Shown piece by piece: positions 17,279 to 25,500 of a stretch of 64,000 bases of DNA. The stretch is from positions 9,009 through 73,008 of the forward strand of contig VGTL01000006.1 of NCBI GenBank assembly GCA_016874675.1, written 5' to 3'. How positions within the stretch are numbered: the first letter of the stretch is position 1; every line of letters begins with the position of its first letter. A program made the position numbers and the translations under genes. The notes under the pieces were generated by a model that saw only the letters and a program-made list of their open reading frames with translations, had not been told where the DNA came from and ran no database searches. Source of the DNA: Methanobacteriota archaeon. GTDB taxonomy: Archaea; Thermoplasmatota; DTKX01; VGTL01.

Positions 17279-17466
17279 AGGGAGCAAGGGAGCAAGGCAG
17301 CAAGGGAAGGCAGGAAGGCAGAAAGGCAGCAAGGCAGCAAGGGAAGGCAGCGAGGGGGGAACGAAGGGAGGAGGGCAGAAGGCGGAGAGGGAGAAGGGGA
17401 GGGCGAGAATAGGTACCGTTCCCTTCCTGCCTTCCCTTGCTCCCTTGCTGCCCTCGTCCCTTCGTC
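17279..17466. repeat. Inverted-repeat element (GGCAGCAAG/GGGAGCAAG)n ... (CTTGCTSCC)n between convergent sod and BNR genes
   Basis: A purine-rich arm (17279-17408) is followed by the centre 'aataggtaccgtt' and a pyrimidine arm 'cccttcctgccttcccttgctcccttgctgccctcgtcccttcgtc'. Confidence 0.8.
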
Positions 17467-18913
17467 AGCCGGCTCGTGTAGAGTTCGTGTTGCCGGCTGA
17501 GGGCAGCGTCCCCCGCACGAAGTACAGCATGGACGCGCCGTTGGTCGGGCCGACGTAGTGCTGGTAGGCCACGTTGAGGTAGCCGTCGGGGCCGACGGCT
17601 ATCTCGAAGAAGTCGTGGAGGGCGTGCAGGTCGTTTCCGGTGTAGACGGGCCCCTCCTCGGCCTTGGTGAAGTTGAAAAAGAGCGTGCCGTCGAGGGCCG
17701 TGAGGTCGGCCTTGTCGGAGGCGCGGGCCGATTCGGCCTTCCTCTGGGCCTGCATCGCCATCGAGGTGTTTTCGAAGTCCCTGTTCCACGGGTGGAAGGG
17801 GCTTTCGGGCCGGAGCATCGCGGCGTAGATGTACCACTTGGTCTCGGCGGTCACCGGGAGCGAATCCACGGCGTAGAACGAGACGCCGATGGAGCCGTCG
17901 TCGCCGACGCCTATCGTGGTGTACTCGAAGAGGCTCTTCCAGGGCGTGATCTCGGAGGAGTTCCAGGTGCGCCCGAAGTCCCGGCTCCAGCCCAGGAAGA
18001 TGCGGCTGCCGTCGTTTATGGCGTCCGTGGCGTCGGTCCACATGCACCACACCATGCCCTGCGGGCCGGCCATCACCCACACCGGGAAGCCGTCGCCGAG
18101 GCCGGGGCCCTCGCGCGCGCCGACCACCACGGGGTTGGAGAAGTCCCAGGTGGCCCCGCTGTCGTCGCTGGGGTAGATGAGGATGTCGGCCGGCGCGCCG
18201 ACGTCGCTTTCGGAGATTATGTAGGCGTGGGTGCCTTTCCGCTCCGCGTCGATGTGGCCCCAGCCGTTGCCCGGGACCGGGGTGGCGAGCGTCCACACGC
18301 GCCCGCCGGTCGTGGAGCGGTAGTACCAGTAGCGGCCGCCGTTGGCCTCGGCGCCGTTGTTGCCCAGATAGTGGCAGATGCCATCGCCCTGGGCCGAGAT
18401 CCACGGCCGGTCGTCCAGGCCGGTGGTCTTCTGGACGCGCACGGAGTACCGCCACACGCCCGGGCTGTCGAAGACGTGCAGGTGGTTGTCGATGAGGTAG
18501 GTGTCCACATAATAGACCCTGTCGTTGCCGTCGACCGCCAGATCGCCCTCGACGCCCAGGTAGGTCTTCCAGAGATTGCCCCGCGGGAAGGGCTCCGAGG
18601 GGGCGACCCAGGTCTTCCCGTCCGGGGAGCCGACGAAGAACCAGGAGGCGAGGTAGTCCCAGGTGCCCTTGTCGTCGAGGTTCTTGTGGGCGGTGTAGTA
18701 CATGTAGCCCTTGGAATCCACCATTAGGCTGGGCTCGTAGCCCGACTTGCCGAACTCGTATATCGGGTCCCACCCGATGCCGGGGGGCATCGCGATGGAG
18801 GCGGCCGTTGTCCCGGGAGGCGGGGGCTCCTGCCTGCCGAGCAGCAGGTATCCGGCCCCGGCCAGGATGACGGCGAGGACCACCAGGATCGCAAAAAGCT
18901 TCTTCCTTTCCAT
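17465..18913 (-). CDS. Secreted BNR/Asp-box repeat protein (sialidase-fold)
   Basis: A signal/TM segment 'MERKKLFAILVVLAVILAGAGYLLL' is present. Asp-box motifs are SDDSGATW, SRDFGRTW and STTGGRVW. The ORF-track upstream extension was not used. Confidence 0.6.
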   Translation of the reverse strand: MERKKLFAILVVLAVILAGAGYLLLGRQEPPPPGTTAASIAMPPGIGWDPIYEFGKSGYEPSLMVDSKGYMYYTAHKNLDDKGTWDYLASWFFVGSPDGKTWVAPSEPFPRGNLWKTYLGVEGDLAVDGNDRVYYVDTYLIDNHLHVFDSPGVWRYSVRVQKTTGLDDRPWISAQGDGICHYLGNNGAEANGGRYWYYRSTTGGRVWTLATPVPGNGWGHIDAERKGTHAYIISESDVGAPADILIYPSDDSGATWDFSNPVVVGAREGPGLGDGFPVWVMAGPQGMVWCMWTDATDAINDGSRIFLGWSRDFGRTWNSSEITPWKSLFEYTTIGVGDDGSIGVSFYAVDSLPVTAETKWYIYAAMLRPESPFHPWNRDFENTSMAMQAQRKAESARASDKADLTALDGTLFFNFTKAEEGPVYTGNDLHALHDFFEIAVGPDGYLNVAYQHYVGPTNGASMLYFVRGTLPSAGNTNSTRAG

Positions 18914-18964
18914 GAACTCCCTCCGGGCGTTCGGAACGGCCCTGCGGTCGGACATGGTTATCAA

Positions 18965-20074
18965 TTGAGCCAATATACAGTTTTTGGTGACCCGCGGCCG
19001 GCCCCAATCAAAACGCTTATATCGATATGTCCGTTTAGGCATATCGAGCCCATGCTGCGGGACCCGTGCGGACGGCCGGTCACCAACCTGCGAGTCTCCG
19101 TCATCCGGGAGTGCAACCAGCGCTGCCTCTACTGCCACCGCGAGGGCGAGCCGGCCAGGACGGAGCGGGAGAGGCTCTCCCGGGAGGAGCTCGGCCGCGT
19201 CGCCCGCGTGGCCGCCTCTCTTGGCATCGGGAAGCTCAAGCTCACCGGCGGGGAGCCCCTCCTGCGCCGGGATTTGCCCGGGATCATCGGCGATCTTGCG
19301 CCCCTGTTCGGGGACGTGTCCCTCACGACGAACGGCATCCTGCTTCCCCCCCTGGCGGCCCGGCTGAAGGAGGCCGGCCTCGGGAGGGTCAATATCAGCC
19401 TCGACTCGGTGGACCCGGCGACCTACGCCCGAATGACCGGTTCGGACCGGCTCGCCGAGGCCGTCGAGGGCGTCCGGGCGGCCCGGAGGGCGGGGCTTTC
19501 ACCGGTCAAGCTCAACATGGTCGTTATCCGCGGCGAAAACGGCTCCCAGATACCGCAGATGATGCGCTTTTCCGCCTCGGAGGGCGCGGTGCTCCAGCTC
19601 ATCGAGCTCGAGGCGCCCAAGGGCCGACTGTCGGGAGAGTGGTACTCGGAGCACCACACCGACCTTTCGGATGTCGAGCGGGAGCTGGCAAGGCGGGCGG
19701 TCCGGACGACCACCCGGAGGATGCACCACCGGCGGAAGTATGTGGTGCCCCTTCGGCCCGGGAGCCCTCCCGGTCCCGGCCGCGGGGGGAAGGAGGGGGC
19801 CGGAACGGTCGAAATCGAGATCGTGCGGCCCGTGCACAACTCGGAGTTCTGCCAAAACTGCAACCGGCTGCGGCTGAGCTCGGACGGGCGGCTGGTCCCC
19901 TGCCTCTTCCGGGGCGACCGGGGCGTCGACATCGCCGGGCCCCTGCGCCGGGGCGCGACCGACGGCGAGCTCGCCGGGCTCTTCGCCTGCGCGGTCTCGC
20001 GCCGGGAGCCCTACTGGACCGGCGCGCCGGCGAGGGTCCCCGGCAGGGGCCGGGGGCTGGGGGCCTGCCCGTGA
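18965..20074 (+). CDS. moaA: GTP 3',8-cyclase (Moco biosynthesis, radical SAM)
   Basis: The CxxxCxxC radical-SAM motif 'CNQRCLYCH' is present, along with a C-terminal Cys cluster 'CQNCNRLRLSSDGRLVPCL'. Confidence 0.85.
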   Translation: MSQYTVFGDPRPAPIKTLISICPFRHIEPMLRDPCGRPVTNLRVSVIRECNQRCLYCHREGEPARTERERLSREELGRVARVAASLGIGKLKLTGGEPLLRRDLPGIIGDLAPLFGDVSLTTNGILLPPLAARLKEAGLGRVNISLDSVDPATYARMTGSDRLAEAVEGVRAARRAGLSPVKLNMVVIRGENGSQIPQMMRFSASEGAVLQLIELEAPKGRLSGEWYSEHHTDLSDVERELARRAVRTTTRRMHHRRKYVVPLRPGSPPGPGRGGKEGAGTVEIEIVRPVHNSEFCQNCNRLRLSSDGRLVPCLFRGDRGVDIAGPLRRGATDGELAGLFACAVSRREPYWTGAPARVPGRGRGLGACP

Positions 20075-20523
20075 GGAAAGGCCGCATCGGGATCCAGAAG
20101 GGGGACTTCTCCGTCGACTCCGAGCTCGACGCGCTGCTCGGCGGGGACGTCGGGGGGACCGTGATCTTCGTCGGGTCGGTGCGGGGAAGCTCACCTTCCG
20201 GCCGGGTCCCGCACCTCGAGTTCGAGACGTTCGGGGAGATGGCACGAAAGGAGCTCGGGCGCATAAAGGCCGAGGCGCTGGACAGGTTCGACGTGAAGGG
20301 AGTGTCGGTCGTCCACCGCACCGGCCGGATACGGGCCGGCGGGCGCATCGTCCTCATCATCGTCACGGCGGCCCACCGCGACGCGGCCTTCGGGGCGTGC
20401 CGGTACATCCTCGAGGAGCTCAAGAAGAGGGCGCCCATCTGGAAGAGGGAGCGGGGCGATTGGAGCTCTGGCGACCTGCCGGCCGGGCCCGTCCGGCCTT
20501 CCCGTGGGAGGCGGCCCGCGTGA
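20071..20523 (+). CDS. moaE: Molybdopterin synthase catalytic subunit
   Basis: The gene is about 150 aa. Its GTG start overlaps the moaA stop (GTGA). 'VIFVGSVRG...HLEFETFGEMA...IWKRE' is typical of MoaE. Confidence 0.7.
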   Translation: MRKGRIGIQKGDFSVDSELDALLGGDVGGTVIFVGSVRGSSPSGRVPHLEFETFGEMARKELGRIKAEALDRFDVKGVSVVHRTGRIRAGGRIVLIIVTAAHRDAAFGACRYILEELKKRAPIWKRERGDWSSGDLPAGPVRPSRGRRPA

Positions 20524-21734
20524 ACATCAGGCCCTTCAGGAAGCTCGTTTCATTTCCCGAGGCGATGGAGCTCGTGCTCCGCCACTCGGCGGCGACCGGG
20601 CGGACCGAGGAGGTGCCCCTCGGAAGGGCGGCCGGCCGCGTCCTGGCCGGTGAGGTGGTATCCCGCATCGATGTCCCCCAGTTCGACCGGTCTGCGATGG
20701 ACGGCTACGCGGTCCGCTCGGAGGACGTGGTCGGGGCCGGGGAGCTCAGCCCGGTGAGCCTCGGTGTCTCGGGGGAGCTCTTCGCCGGCGACGTGCCGAC
20801 CGTGGCGGTCCGCAACGGGACCGCCTGCCGCGTCGCCACCGGCGCGGTGCTGCCGGAGGGCGCCGACGCGGTCGTCATGGCCGAGTTCGCCTCCGAGGAG
20901 GGCGGGTCGGTCACGCTCAGGCGCGCCGAGCCCAGGTGGGGCAACGTCTCCCGGCGGGGCTCGGACATCCGGAAGGGGACGGCGGTGCTAGGGGCGGGCG
21001 CCGTTCTGGACCCGGCCAAGGTCGGCGTGCTGGCCTCCCTGGGCCTCGCCCCGGTCGAGGTTCTCGTCCGCCCGGGCATCGCCGTCATCTCCAGCGGCAA
21101 CGAGATAGCCGAGCCGGGCGGATCGCTTGGCCCGGCCCAGGTGTACAACTCCAACAGCTACGCCCTCGCGTCCGTGATCGACCAAAACGGCGGGCAGGCC
21201 CGGCTGTTCCCCCACATAGAGGACACGCGTGATGCGATAAGGGACGCCCTGCGGGGGGCCCTCTCCGGGGGCCTGGAGGCGGTGGCGATATCCGGCGGGA
21301 GCTCCGTCGGCGAGAGGGACCTGCTCGCCGGCGTGCTGGCCGACGAGGGCGAGATCCTCTTCCACGGCGTCCAGATAAAGCCGGGCAAGCCGTTCCTCCT
21401 GGGCCGGACCGGCCGGCTGCTCGTGTTCGGCATCCCCGGGTATCCGGCGGCGGCCCTGATGGTCGGGCAGGTCTTCCTGGCGCCCGCGGTGAGGAGGATG
21501 GCCGGCCTCCCGCCCGAGAGGAGGACCGTCCGGGCGAGGCTCGCCCGGCGCCTGGCCTCCCGCCTGGGCCGGGTCCAGTTCCTGACGGTCAGGCTGGCCG
21601 GAGGCGAGGCCGAGCCCGTGTTCAAGGGGTCGGGGGCCATCACAAGCCTGGCCGCCGCCGACGGCTACATCGTCGTCCCCGACAATGTGGAGCTGCTCGA
21701 GAGGGGGGAAGAGGTCGAGGTGGTGCTGTTCTGA
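20520..21734 (+). CDS. moeA: Molybdopterin molybdenumtransferase
   Basis: The 'SAMDGYAV' motif is present, the length is about 404 aa, and the GTG start overlaps the moaE stop. Confidence 0.8.
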   Translation: MNIRPFRKLVSFPEAMELVLRHSAATGRTEEVPLGRAAGRVLAGEVVSRIDVPQFDRSAMDGYAVRSEDVVGAGELSPVSLGVSGELFAGDVPTVAVRNGTACRVATGAVLPEGADAVVMAEFASEEGGSVTLRRAEPRWGNVSRRGSDIRKGTAVLGAGAVLDPAKVGVLASLGLAPVEVLVRPGIAVISSGNEIAEPGGSLGPAQVYNSNSYALASVIDQNGGQARLFPHIEDTRDAIRDALRGALSGGLEAVAISGGSSVGERDLLAGVLADEGEILFHGVQIKPGKPFLLGRTGRLLVFGIPGYPAAALMVGQVFLAPAVRRMAGLPPERRTVRARLARRLASRLGRVQFLTVRLAGGEAEPVFKGSGAITSLAAADGYIVVPDNVELLERGEEVEVVLF

Positions 21735-21745
21735 ATAATCATTTG

Positions 21746-21903
21746 AAAGGCGCAAGGCGCAGGGCGCAAGGCGCAAGGGACGAAAGCGCAAGGTACAGGG
21801 CGCGAGGCGGAAGGGATTTGCGTGAGATCCCCCCTTGTTCCTCGCGCCTTGACCCTTGCGCCTCAAGCCTTGCGCCTTGCGCCTCGTGCCTTGCCCCTTC
21901 GCG
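21746..21903. repeat. Inverted-repeat element (GGCGCAA)n ... (TTGCGCC)n between moeA and mobB
   Basis: The element reads 'aaggcgcaaggcgcagggcgcaaggcgcaagggacgaaagcgcaaggtacagggcgcgaggcggaaggg' ... 'ccttgacccttgcgcctcaagccttgcgccttgcgcctcgtgccttgcccctt'. A short partial copy lies at 22703-22730. Confidence 0.8.
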
Positions 21904-21918
21904 TGGAAGTGAGATGAC

Positions 21919-22701
21919 ATGATGCTTCTGGGCTTCTTCGGGCACTCGAACTCGGGCAAGACGACCCTCATCGACAGGCTGGTGGGAAGGTACAGGAGGC
22001 GCGGGCTCTCCGTGGCGGTGCTCAAGCACACCGCCCACCGCGGGTTCGAGCTGGACTCGGAGGGCACGGACTCCTGGCGCCACGGGAAGGCGGGCGCCGC
22101 GGCGGTCGGGCTTCTCGCGGAGGGCCGGGCGGCGCTGCTTCTGCACCGGCTCCCGCGGCAGAGGCGCCCCCGGCCGGGCGCCACCGGGGCCGTCCCGGAC
22201 GACGCCGCATCGCTCGTCAGGCTGGTGGGGGAGGCCGTCTCGCCCGACATCCTCTTCCTCGAGGGGTTCAAGCACGCCGCTCTCGAGAAGGTGGCGGTGG
22301 GCGACATCGGGAGCCTCCCGGGCACGGTGCTGCGCGTGGACCCGGCGAGCCGCCGGAGCGTCGCGGCGATGGAGCGGTTCATCGACCGGAGGCTTCTGGT
22401 GCAGCGGGTGGCGGACCGCCTGCCCGGAATCGACTGCGGCCGATGCGGGCTGGACTGCGCCCGCTTCGCGGCCGCGGTGGCCGACCGCCGCCGCAGGCCC
22501 GAGCAGTGCGTCAACCTGTCCGACATCCGCCTCTCCGTCCGGGTGGACGGCGAGGAGCTCCGGCTGGGACGCTTCCCGAGGGAGGTGGTGGCGAGCGCCC
22601 TGCTGGGGCTCGTGTCGCCGCTCAAGCTGCCCCGCGCCGCCGGCGGCCGCGCCCGGGCGTCGCGGCGCATCCGGCGCGTGGAGATAAGGCTGGAGCGTTG
22701 A
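21919..22701 (+). CDS. mobB: Molybdopterin-guanine dinucleotide biosynthesis protein MobB with Cys-containing C-terminal extension
   Basis: A P-loop 'GFFGHSNSGKTTLIDRL' is present. An extra about 90 aa beyond the usual roughly 170-aa MobB contains 'DCGRCGLDC'. Confidence 0.7.
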   Translation: MMLLGFFGHSNSGKTTLIDRLVGRYRRRGLSVAVLKHTAHRGFELDSEGTDSWRHGKAGAAAVGLLAEGRAALLLHRLPRQRRPRPGATGAVPDDAASLVRLVGEAVSPDILFLEGFKHAALEKVAVGDIGSLPGTVLRVDPASRRSVAAMERFIDRRLLVQRVADRLPGIDCGRCGLDCARFAAAVADRRRRPEQCVNLSDIRLSVRVDGEELRLGRFPREVVASALLGLVSPLKLPRAAGGRARASRRIRRVEIRLER

Positions 22702-22743
22702 AAAAAGGCGCAAGGCGCAGGGCAGCGCGGCGAAAACGCTATA

Positions 22744-25419
22744 TTGCCACAGGGGGGTGAGACCCCCGTGACCGCGGAGGCGGGCGTGCCCGGGCTCACG
22801 TTCGGGGAGTGGATACTGGTGCACCTTCTGCGCTTCGCCCGCTTCGCCGGGGAGTTCGAGGTCCCCTGGGGGATGACGCAGTACGGGATCGCGGAGGCCG
22901 TGGGCACCGGCCAGGACCACGTCTCCCGGGCGGTGCGGCGGCTGGTGAACAAGGGGCTCCTCACCGAATCCAAAAACCGGGTCGAGGGCGTCTCGGAGAG
23001 GCGCAAGGTCTACTTCCTCACCGGGGAGGGCCGCGCCGCCGCCGAGGAGCTGGCGCGGAGGGTGGAGGAGTCACGGGTGCGCCTCCCCGGGGCGGGCGAC
23101 GGGGGTGCGGTCACCCTGAGGGAGGCGATGCGGCTTCTGGGTCCCCAGCACCCCCTCGTGGAGGTCGCCCGGGCGGTCCGGCCGGGAGGGGAGCTGGACC
23201 GGGAGGCCCTGGGCGCCTCCAGGCGCGCCGGCGGGCCCGAGCCCCAGCAGGCGGTCCCCGTGCCCGCCGGCTTCGTCGGCCGCGCCCGGGAGCTAGACAC
23301 CCTCGGCAAGTGGCTGCTCGACCGCCGGCTCATGGTCATCTCTGGCATCGCCGGCATCGGCAAGACCGCCCTGGCGGCCCGGCTGGTGTCCCGGGCTCGG
23401 GGCGGCCGACCAGTGTTCTGGTACCGGTTCCACGAGTGGGACACGCCGCGCAACCTCCTGGGGCCCCTGGGGGACTTCCTGGCCCACCTGGGCAGGCGCA
23501 AGCTCCGGACCTACCTCTCCTCCAAGCCCAACCTCGACCTGAACGAGGTCCGGTACGTTCTGCAGGAGAGCTGCCGCAACCTTTCGGCCGTCTTGGTGCT
23601 CGACGACTTCCACAAGGCCTCCGACGAGTTCCTGCACCTTCTCTCCCTGCTGCTCGAGGTGCTCGAGCGCGACGACGGCGTCCGGGCGATCATCACGGCC
23701 CGCAGCCTGCGCCGGTTCTACGACCGCGCTGACGTGCTGGTGAAGGGGCTCGTCGCCGAGATGGACCTCGGCGGGCTTGACGAGGAGAGCAGCCGGGCGC
23801 TCCTGCGCGCCCGCCGGATAGAGGACTCGCAGCACCGCCGGGCCTTCGAGCTCACCGGGGGGCACCCGCTGGCGCTCGAGCTCTTCACGCCGGGCTCCGG
23901 GGAGGCCGAGCAGAGGGGCAACATCAGCCGCTACATCGAAGAGGAGATCTCCGCCCGCCTCACCGTTCCCGAGCGGAAGCTTTTGCGAATGGCCTCGGTT
24001 TTCCGCTACCCGGTCCCGGCGGACGCCCTCTTCTTCGACCCGGAGCCGGACCACGACACGCTCCAGGCGCTGCTCGCCCGCTCGCTGCTGCGGGAGGTGT
24101 ACGCCGGGGTGTACGACATCCACGACTTCGTCCGGGAGTTCTTCTACACGCGGCTTACGCCCCACGAGCGCGCCGCGCTCCACCGGCAGGCCGCCGCGTT
24201 CTACTCGAAGGCCTCCCAGCCCCGGGACGTGCTGGAGCTCGTCCACCACCTTCTCGGCGCCGGCGACCACGCCGGGGCCGCGGAGGCGATGCTTGGGCGC
24301 GGGGAGGCGCTCCTTGCCGCCGGCTTCGCCGGGGAGCTCCGGGCGGACCTGGGGGCCCTGGACCTGGGCGCGCTGCCGGCCACCGGGCGCGCCGAGGCGC
24401 TCTGCCTCAAGGGGCGCTCCGACGACATCCTGGGGGACTGGGACCGGGCGCTGGAGGAATACCGCGAGGCCCTCCCGGCGCTCCCGGAGGGACGGCGCGC
24501 CGAGGTGCACTACCACATAGGGTGGATCTTGCAGAAACGCAACGAGTGGGAGGGCGCGGCTGGAAGCTTCCGCGACTGCCTGGAGGTGGCCCGGGCCGCC
24601 GGCGACGGCCGGGGCGTCGCCCGCGCCTACCACGGGCTGGGCCGCGTGCTCTGGCGCCAGGGACGGCTCGCCGAGGCGGCCCGGTTCTGCCAGCGCAGCA
24701 TCGCCTCCGCCCGGGCGGCCGGCGGCCTGGCGCAGGAGGCGTCCGCGGGCATCGAGCTTGGCCGGGTCCAGGCCGCCATGGGCGACTTCGCGAGGGCCGA
24801 GCGGAGCATCCGCAGGAGCCTGGAGCTCCTCGACAGCATCGGCGACCGCTCCGAGTCGGCGCGCGCCTGGAACACCCTGGGCTGGGAGGCCCTCAAGCCC
24901 CAGGGCCGGCTCGACGAGGCCCTGGAGGCCATCCACCGGGGCGAGGAGCTGGCCCTCTCGCAGGGCAACCTCCGGGAGCTCGGGCCCATCTACCACAGCC
25001 TGGGGGAGGTCTGGGCGCGCAAGGGGCTCACGGAGAAGGCGGAGGAGTACTTCCGCAGGTCGCTGGACCTTTTCACCGGTCAGGCGGACGAGCACGGGAT
25101 GGCCTACGGCCACCTGGGGCTCGCGATAGTCCACCGCACCCGCCGCCAGTGGGACCGCTCCCGGGAGGAGTTCGAGGGGGCCCTCTCGCTCTTCGAGAAG
25201 GTGAGCACGCCCGGCGACCTGTCCTACGCCCTGCGGGAGTTCTCGGAGATGTGGCGTCAGAAGGGCAGCGCGGGCCGGGCGCGAGCCTGCCTGGAGAGGG
25301 CCAAGCGGATCGGGCTGCGTCTCCAGGTGAGGGAGAGCGCGCGGGGCGCGGGCAGCGATCGCCCCGGCCGGCCCCGCCGGTCCCGCCGTTCCAGCCGCTC
25401 CCGCCGGGCCGCCCGCTGA
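22744..25419 (+). CDS. wHTH + AAA_16/STAND-type P-loop NTPase + TPR repeats (AfsR/MalT-like architecture)
   Basis: The N-terminal roughly 110 aa form a winged-HTH-like domain. The NTPase region reads 'FVGRARELDTLGKWLL...ISGIAGIGKTALA' with Walker B 'VLVLDDFH'. A long TPR array follows. The true start may be GTG 22768, which would be leaderless from a TATA-like 'cgctatattg' at about 22736-22745. Confidence 0.6.
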   Translation: MPQGGETPVTAEAGVPGLTFGEWILVHLLRFARFAGEFEVPWGMTQYGIAEAVGTGQDHVSRAVRRLVNKGLLTESKNRVEGVSERRKVYFLTGEGRAAAEELARRVEESRVRLPGAGDGGAVTLREAMRLLGPQHPLVEVARAVRPGGELDREALGASRRAGGPEPQQAVPVPAGFVGRARELDTLGKWLLDRRLMVISGIAGIGKTALAARLVSRARGGRPVFWYRFHEWDTPRNLLGPLGDFLAHLGRRKLRTYLSSKPNLDLNEVRYVLQESCRNLSAVLVLDDFHKASDEFLHLLSLLLEVLERDDGVRAIITARSLRRFYDRADVLVKGLVAEMDLGGLDEESSRALLRARRIEDSQHRRAFELTGGHPLALELFTPGSGEAEQRGNISRYIEEEISARLTVPERKLLRMASVFRYPVPADALFFDPEPDHDTLQALLARSLLREVYAGVYDIHDFVREFFYTRLTPHERAALHRQAAAFYSKASQPRDVLELVHHLLGAGDHAGAAEAMLGRGEALLAAGFAGELRADLGALDLGALPATGRAEALCLKGRSDDILGDWDRALEEYREALPALPEGRRAEVHYHIGWILQKRNEWEGAAGSFRDCLEVARAAGDGRGVARAYHGLGRVLWRQGRLAEAARFCQRSIASARAAGGLAQEASAGIELGRVQAAMGDFARAERSIRRSLELLDSIGDRSESARAWNTLGWEALKPQGRLDEALEAIHRGEELALSQGNLRELGPIYHSLGEVWARKGLTEKAEEYFRRSLDLFTGQADEHGMAYGHLGLAIVHRTRRQWDRSREEFEGALSLFEKVSTPGDLSYALREFSEMWRQKGSAGRARACLERAKRIGLRLQVRESARGAGSDRPGRPRRSRRSSRSRRAAR

Positions 25420-25500
25420 CCATGACCGGCCGGCCACCCCGGCCGCGCGGCGGCGCGGTCCCCTTCCTGGAATAGTTATTTATCATCGCCGGGCAATCGC

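Noticed and set aside
19066-20523. 485-aa ORF spanning moaA-moaE in another frame, with its extension
   Set aside because: MoaA (18965-20074) and MoaE (20071-20523) are separate genes with overlapping stop/start (GTGA). The long ORF is a frame artefact.
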